From Planctomycetota bacterium (GTDB lineage Bacteria > Planctomycetota > GCA-002687715 > CAIWVZ01), in assembly GCA_044222185.1 (NCBI GenBank), contig JBGANV010000008.1:128001-192000 (forward strand): a DNA stretch of 64,000 nt, in the 5' to 3' direction. A program made the translations under genes and the position numbers. The notes beneath the pieces were generated by a model that was given only the letters and a program-made list of their open reading frames with translations, was not told where the DNA came from and made no database searches. Positions 61,901-64,000 of the stretch are shown here, one piece after another (position 1 is the stretch's first letter; every line of letters starts with the position of its first letter).

Positions 61901-62441
61901 TCGTCCCCGAGAGCAGTGGGGTAGTCCCAGAGCGCGTCACGACCGTCGTCGGAGAACTCGGTCCGTAGAGTCGCCAGGCCGCCGTGTTCGGTCCATCGAG
62001 ATAGACCGCGAGCGTGGCGTTGCCAGCCGACGCGGGCGAGACCGTGAGTTCGATCAAACGGATGACATCGCCGGCGCCGAATGCGATCTCCTCGTAGCCG
62101 TCGCTGAGATTGCCTGCAGCGACTGCCGATTGGAGCGTGGCGGGCGACGACCCGGCATTGCGGCTGGCGCTCCCGGTCTGGACCGGTGCCGTCCCACCGT
62201 TGGGGGGAAACAACACGAACTCGCACGCTCCCCCCGCCGCGTCCGAAACCGAGTTGTTCTGGACGAGCCGCCAATCGGATGTGGACGACAACGCGACCCC
62301 CGACCAGTGATTGTCATCAGGGTCGAACGCCCCGAGCGCCGTCGGGCTCGCGCTGATCGTGACTGGTGTCGTCGACGGCACGACCTGGGCCACCGCAACC
62401 GCCGGAATGAGAAGAGCCAGAAAGAGGGTGCGTGGATTCAT
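58980..62441 (-). CDS. Large secreted IPT/TIG-repeat surface protein
   Basis: GGAGG RBS, signal peptide, three NPVP.I.SISP...LTV.G..F...T.VS.T.LT IPT/TIG repeats, C-terminal ...FTMQAYYLDPASPVGFRFTWPR domain. Confidence 0.85.
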   Translation of the reverse strand: MNPRTLFLALLIPAVAVAQVVPSTTPVTISASPTALGAFDPDDNHWSGVALSSTSDWRLVQNNSVSDAAGGACEFVLFPPNGGTAPVQTGSASRNAGSSPATLQSAVAAGNLSDGYEEIAFGAGDVIRLIELTVSPASAGNATLAVYLDGPNTAAWRLYGPSSPTTVVTRSGTTPLLSGTNLSQTAASLAISTAGTYVFAIFRTSSSFTAQTFRFGALLASAPPNVTLSPNVPYQVSGVPFTQFTVQPSAGVWNGVASTDCAGFFLGGAAAWQSPVDIVLADGRNHPLGNTTGVVHAQSCFPVSGIRVLEHRVATPITCMSRVSATLDANRQLDLYEFDVPGAGGGFVNFGTDFLLSASGGLYWAIYDPDAGPESWSTPTPVASGFTSTGQTWPITLAAGWHALAIVRSTPGPAMPAVDYAFGFAGLSGTSSATGSLALTSGAPRSNIGTSSIITIAPGGSHFEVVGVSSLGNCSVAMAGVLSEDVAAAWPEFLIADGSTGSVSPVTGWCAEPCLLGWPGKVEHAGVTTLTVGTPLTVAWGLNRAIRVQEFNVPAAANYSISVTGVSSMLSWHLFGPAPNSGWRGASAALISDRAVTGTQVTGMALQPGWHAIVVTQQEDGGVGTPFGSITSLVSLTPNPVPMITSISPSSQLAGSPTFTLTVTGTGFNTSSRVRWNGAQIGPTTYVDSTTLTISVGSTHVAQAGTASVTVFNPLPAGGTSNSVTFTITNPVPTLVSIAPTSVLAGVGPVTLTVDGTNFVATSVVRRQGVSLSTAFVSDTRLTATITSAMTSTPQTRQITVVNFGPGGGTSSSLPFSVVQPNPSISALSPSSRHICGPLSPLTVTGVDFLPTSTVAIDGVVVPTTAFVSSTELTASGLETMGLTLGSHSVTVVNPPGYGGATAPATFTVHGVELTGLSPGSIPLMTALSPSVNVAVLVSAQSLQGSPNLLGWQVHADGVALNTQLASFPLPHFVATIPSGFLLAQHHGGLAIAIKYCNGNVSNALALRVGLGATANNLGTIGHHPLADPLVPGAPFDIVLEGCAPNQAFTLELDLLNPLEVVPWPSAAYNMVYGLSSPTEVVVFDGLGVHGPAQPFAVFGSGARTAPGGHFEVNGILAPNPAANLMFTMQAYYLDPASPVGFRFTWPRYRTGI

Positions 62442-63138
62442 GGTCGGGTCCTCCGGGACTTCGCTCAGCGGGCCCCACGGATGGGCCGCAGCGAACTCAT
62501 GTCCGTATCAACGGAATCCGAAGCCGTGGGCGTCGCGGAATCCCCCGGGCGGCCTGATTGCAGCCAGACCGGAAGCGGCGCGCGCCAACGGTGCGGAGTC
62601 CGCCCACGGCCTGGCCGTCCACGGCTCTGCGTTGATCCAGCGACGCGGGATTCTCGGTGCGGAGGCAACAGGCCGCGTCCGAAAGGACGGGACTTGGTTC
62701 GGAAACTCCAGCGAGGCGGCGACGTACGGCCTGCGCCGGACGCGCGTGGTGCAAACTTCGATCGTTTGAAACGGTCCGTTCCGGTCCGCGCCCGACGACG
62801 TTCCTCAGGGGATCACGCTGGCGGTCGTCGAGACGCTCCGCGCGTCCGCCAGTCCAGGAGTCCCATGGGAAGGAACTTGCCGTCCGTTCGATGACTGCGC
62901 CGGGCCGTTGCCGCTGCAAAGTCCGGTACTGCGCGGGGGACGCAGACTTCGCGGGCTTCTGCAACGACATGCGGGATCGAGCCGTCGCCGCCCTCGAAGA
63001 AGCTCGTCAGCGCGATCGGCCGCCCGTCGGGTAGTCTGACTTCATGGCCGACCGCGAAGTTCATCGCACGCTCACGATCGACTGCGGTCCGCGCGCGGCG
63101 TGGGCGGGGTCGACGTTCGGAGTCGGCTGAGGCGTCGC

Positions 63139-64000
63139 ATGGAACCGCACGAATCCGCTTCGACGCTGAACGAGTTCCTGCATCGCTTCCTCGACGACCG
63201 CGACCGCGGCCGGATCGCCTCGCTCGAGGAGTATCAGGCGACCTTTCCCGAAGCGGCGGACGCGATCGCCACGGAGTACGAGCGACTGACCTCCACGGGC
63301 GACGCCGAAGCGGCGAGCCCGGATGCGATGGCTGAACGCCAGAGTTCCCTCGGCGGCGGCTCGCGCATCGGCCCCTATCGCATCGTCCGTCGTCTGGGAC
63401 GCGGCTCGTTCGGGCTCGTCTTTCTCGCCGAGGACGTCCGCCTCGCGCGCCAGGTCGCGCTGAAACTACTGGCTCGCGCGGGCCTCGAGTCCGACCGGGA
63501 ACGCGCCCTCTTCGAACGCGAAGCCGGTATCGCCTCGCGCCTCGACCACCCGGGAATCTGCACGGTGTTCGACGTGGGACGGCACGGAATCTGGACGTGG
63601 ATCGCCATGCGCTACATCCCCGGCGAAACGCTCGCAGAGCGCCTCACGGCGCCGAGTGATCGCCTGACGCTGCGCGAGATCCTCACGATGATCGAGAAGG
63701 TCGCGCGCGCACTGGACGTCGCGCACGAGACCGGCGTCGTTCATCGCGACGTGAAGCCGGGGAACATCATGGTGACGCCCGACGGCGAGCCGATCGTCGT
63801 CGACTTCGGACTCGCGCGCGATCGGTCGATCGGGGCACCGACGCTGACGTTGAGCGGCGAGGCCACGGGAACGCCCGCGTACATGTCGCCCGAGCAGATC
63901 GATTCCGCGCGGGGGGTCGTCGACCATCGCACGGACGTGTGGTCGCTGGGGGTGACGCTCTACGAAGCGGTCACGGGCGAGCGCCCCTTCGACTCCCCCA
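63139..64000 (+). CDS. Ser/Thr protein kinase (runs off the window)
   Basis: Absent from the ORF track. Manual translation gives LGRGSFGLV, VALKLL, LDHPGI, HRDVKPGN, DFGLAR, GTPAYMSPEQ, DVWSLG. Confidence 0.93.
   Translation, partial: MEPHESASTLNEFLHRFLDDRDRGRIASLEEYQATFPEAADAIATEYERLTSTGDAEAASPDAMAERQSSLGGGSRIGPYRIVRRLGRGSFGLVFLAEDVRLARQVALKLLARAGLESDRERALFEREAGIASRLDHPGICTVFDVGRHGIWTWIAMRYIPGETLAERLTAPSDRLTLREILTMIEKVARALDVAHETGVVHRDVKPGNIMVTPDGEPIVVDFGLARDRSIGAPTLTLSGEATGTPAYMSPEQIDSARGVVDHRTDVWSLGVTLYEAVTGERPFDSP

Noticed and set aside
62660-62700. GGCAAC...CGTCC-GAAA-GGACG-GGAC resembling a c-di-GMP-I riboswitch
   Set aside because: The GCAAAGCC segment and second stem are absent, and it is far from the next same-strand gene.
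62800-63138. Decayed ECF sigma gene upstream of the second kinase
   Set aside because: No frame gave recognisable region 2 or region 4 motifs.

Overview
High-GC bacterial chromosomal segment. Gene content (ECF sigma/Ser-Thr kinase pair, prenyltransferase-repeat proteins, large secreted proteins) suggests Planctomycetota; this is inference, not a marker-gene call. About 43 CDS can be supported, including murE-murD-murC, modABC, cysS, sthA, kynU-kynB, a MetX-family acyltransferase, two radical SAM enzymes, an M14 peptidase pair, an alpha-2-macroglobulin and a clostripain-family protease. No rRNA, tRNA, CRISPR array or intact mobile element was seen. The main discovery is two genes that the ORF track splits at an in-frame UGA lying in a CxxU motif, each followed by a SECIS-like hairpin. 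One is an AhpD-like peroxidase (44037-44612), a known selenoprotein type. The other is an apparently unfamiliar exported protein (20760-19870, minus) with CAHU at its predicted mature N-terminus, ahead of a Cys-less thioredoxin-like domain. Other highlights: a ~230-bp dispersed repeat family with terminal inverted repeats, a diverged duplicate of the cysS 3' end fused to a DUF2442-like remnant, a three-ligase mur mini-operon, and an HhH-clostripain fusion.
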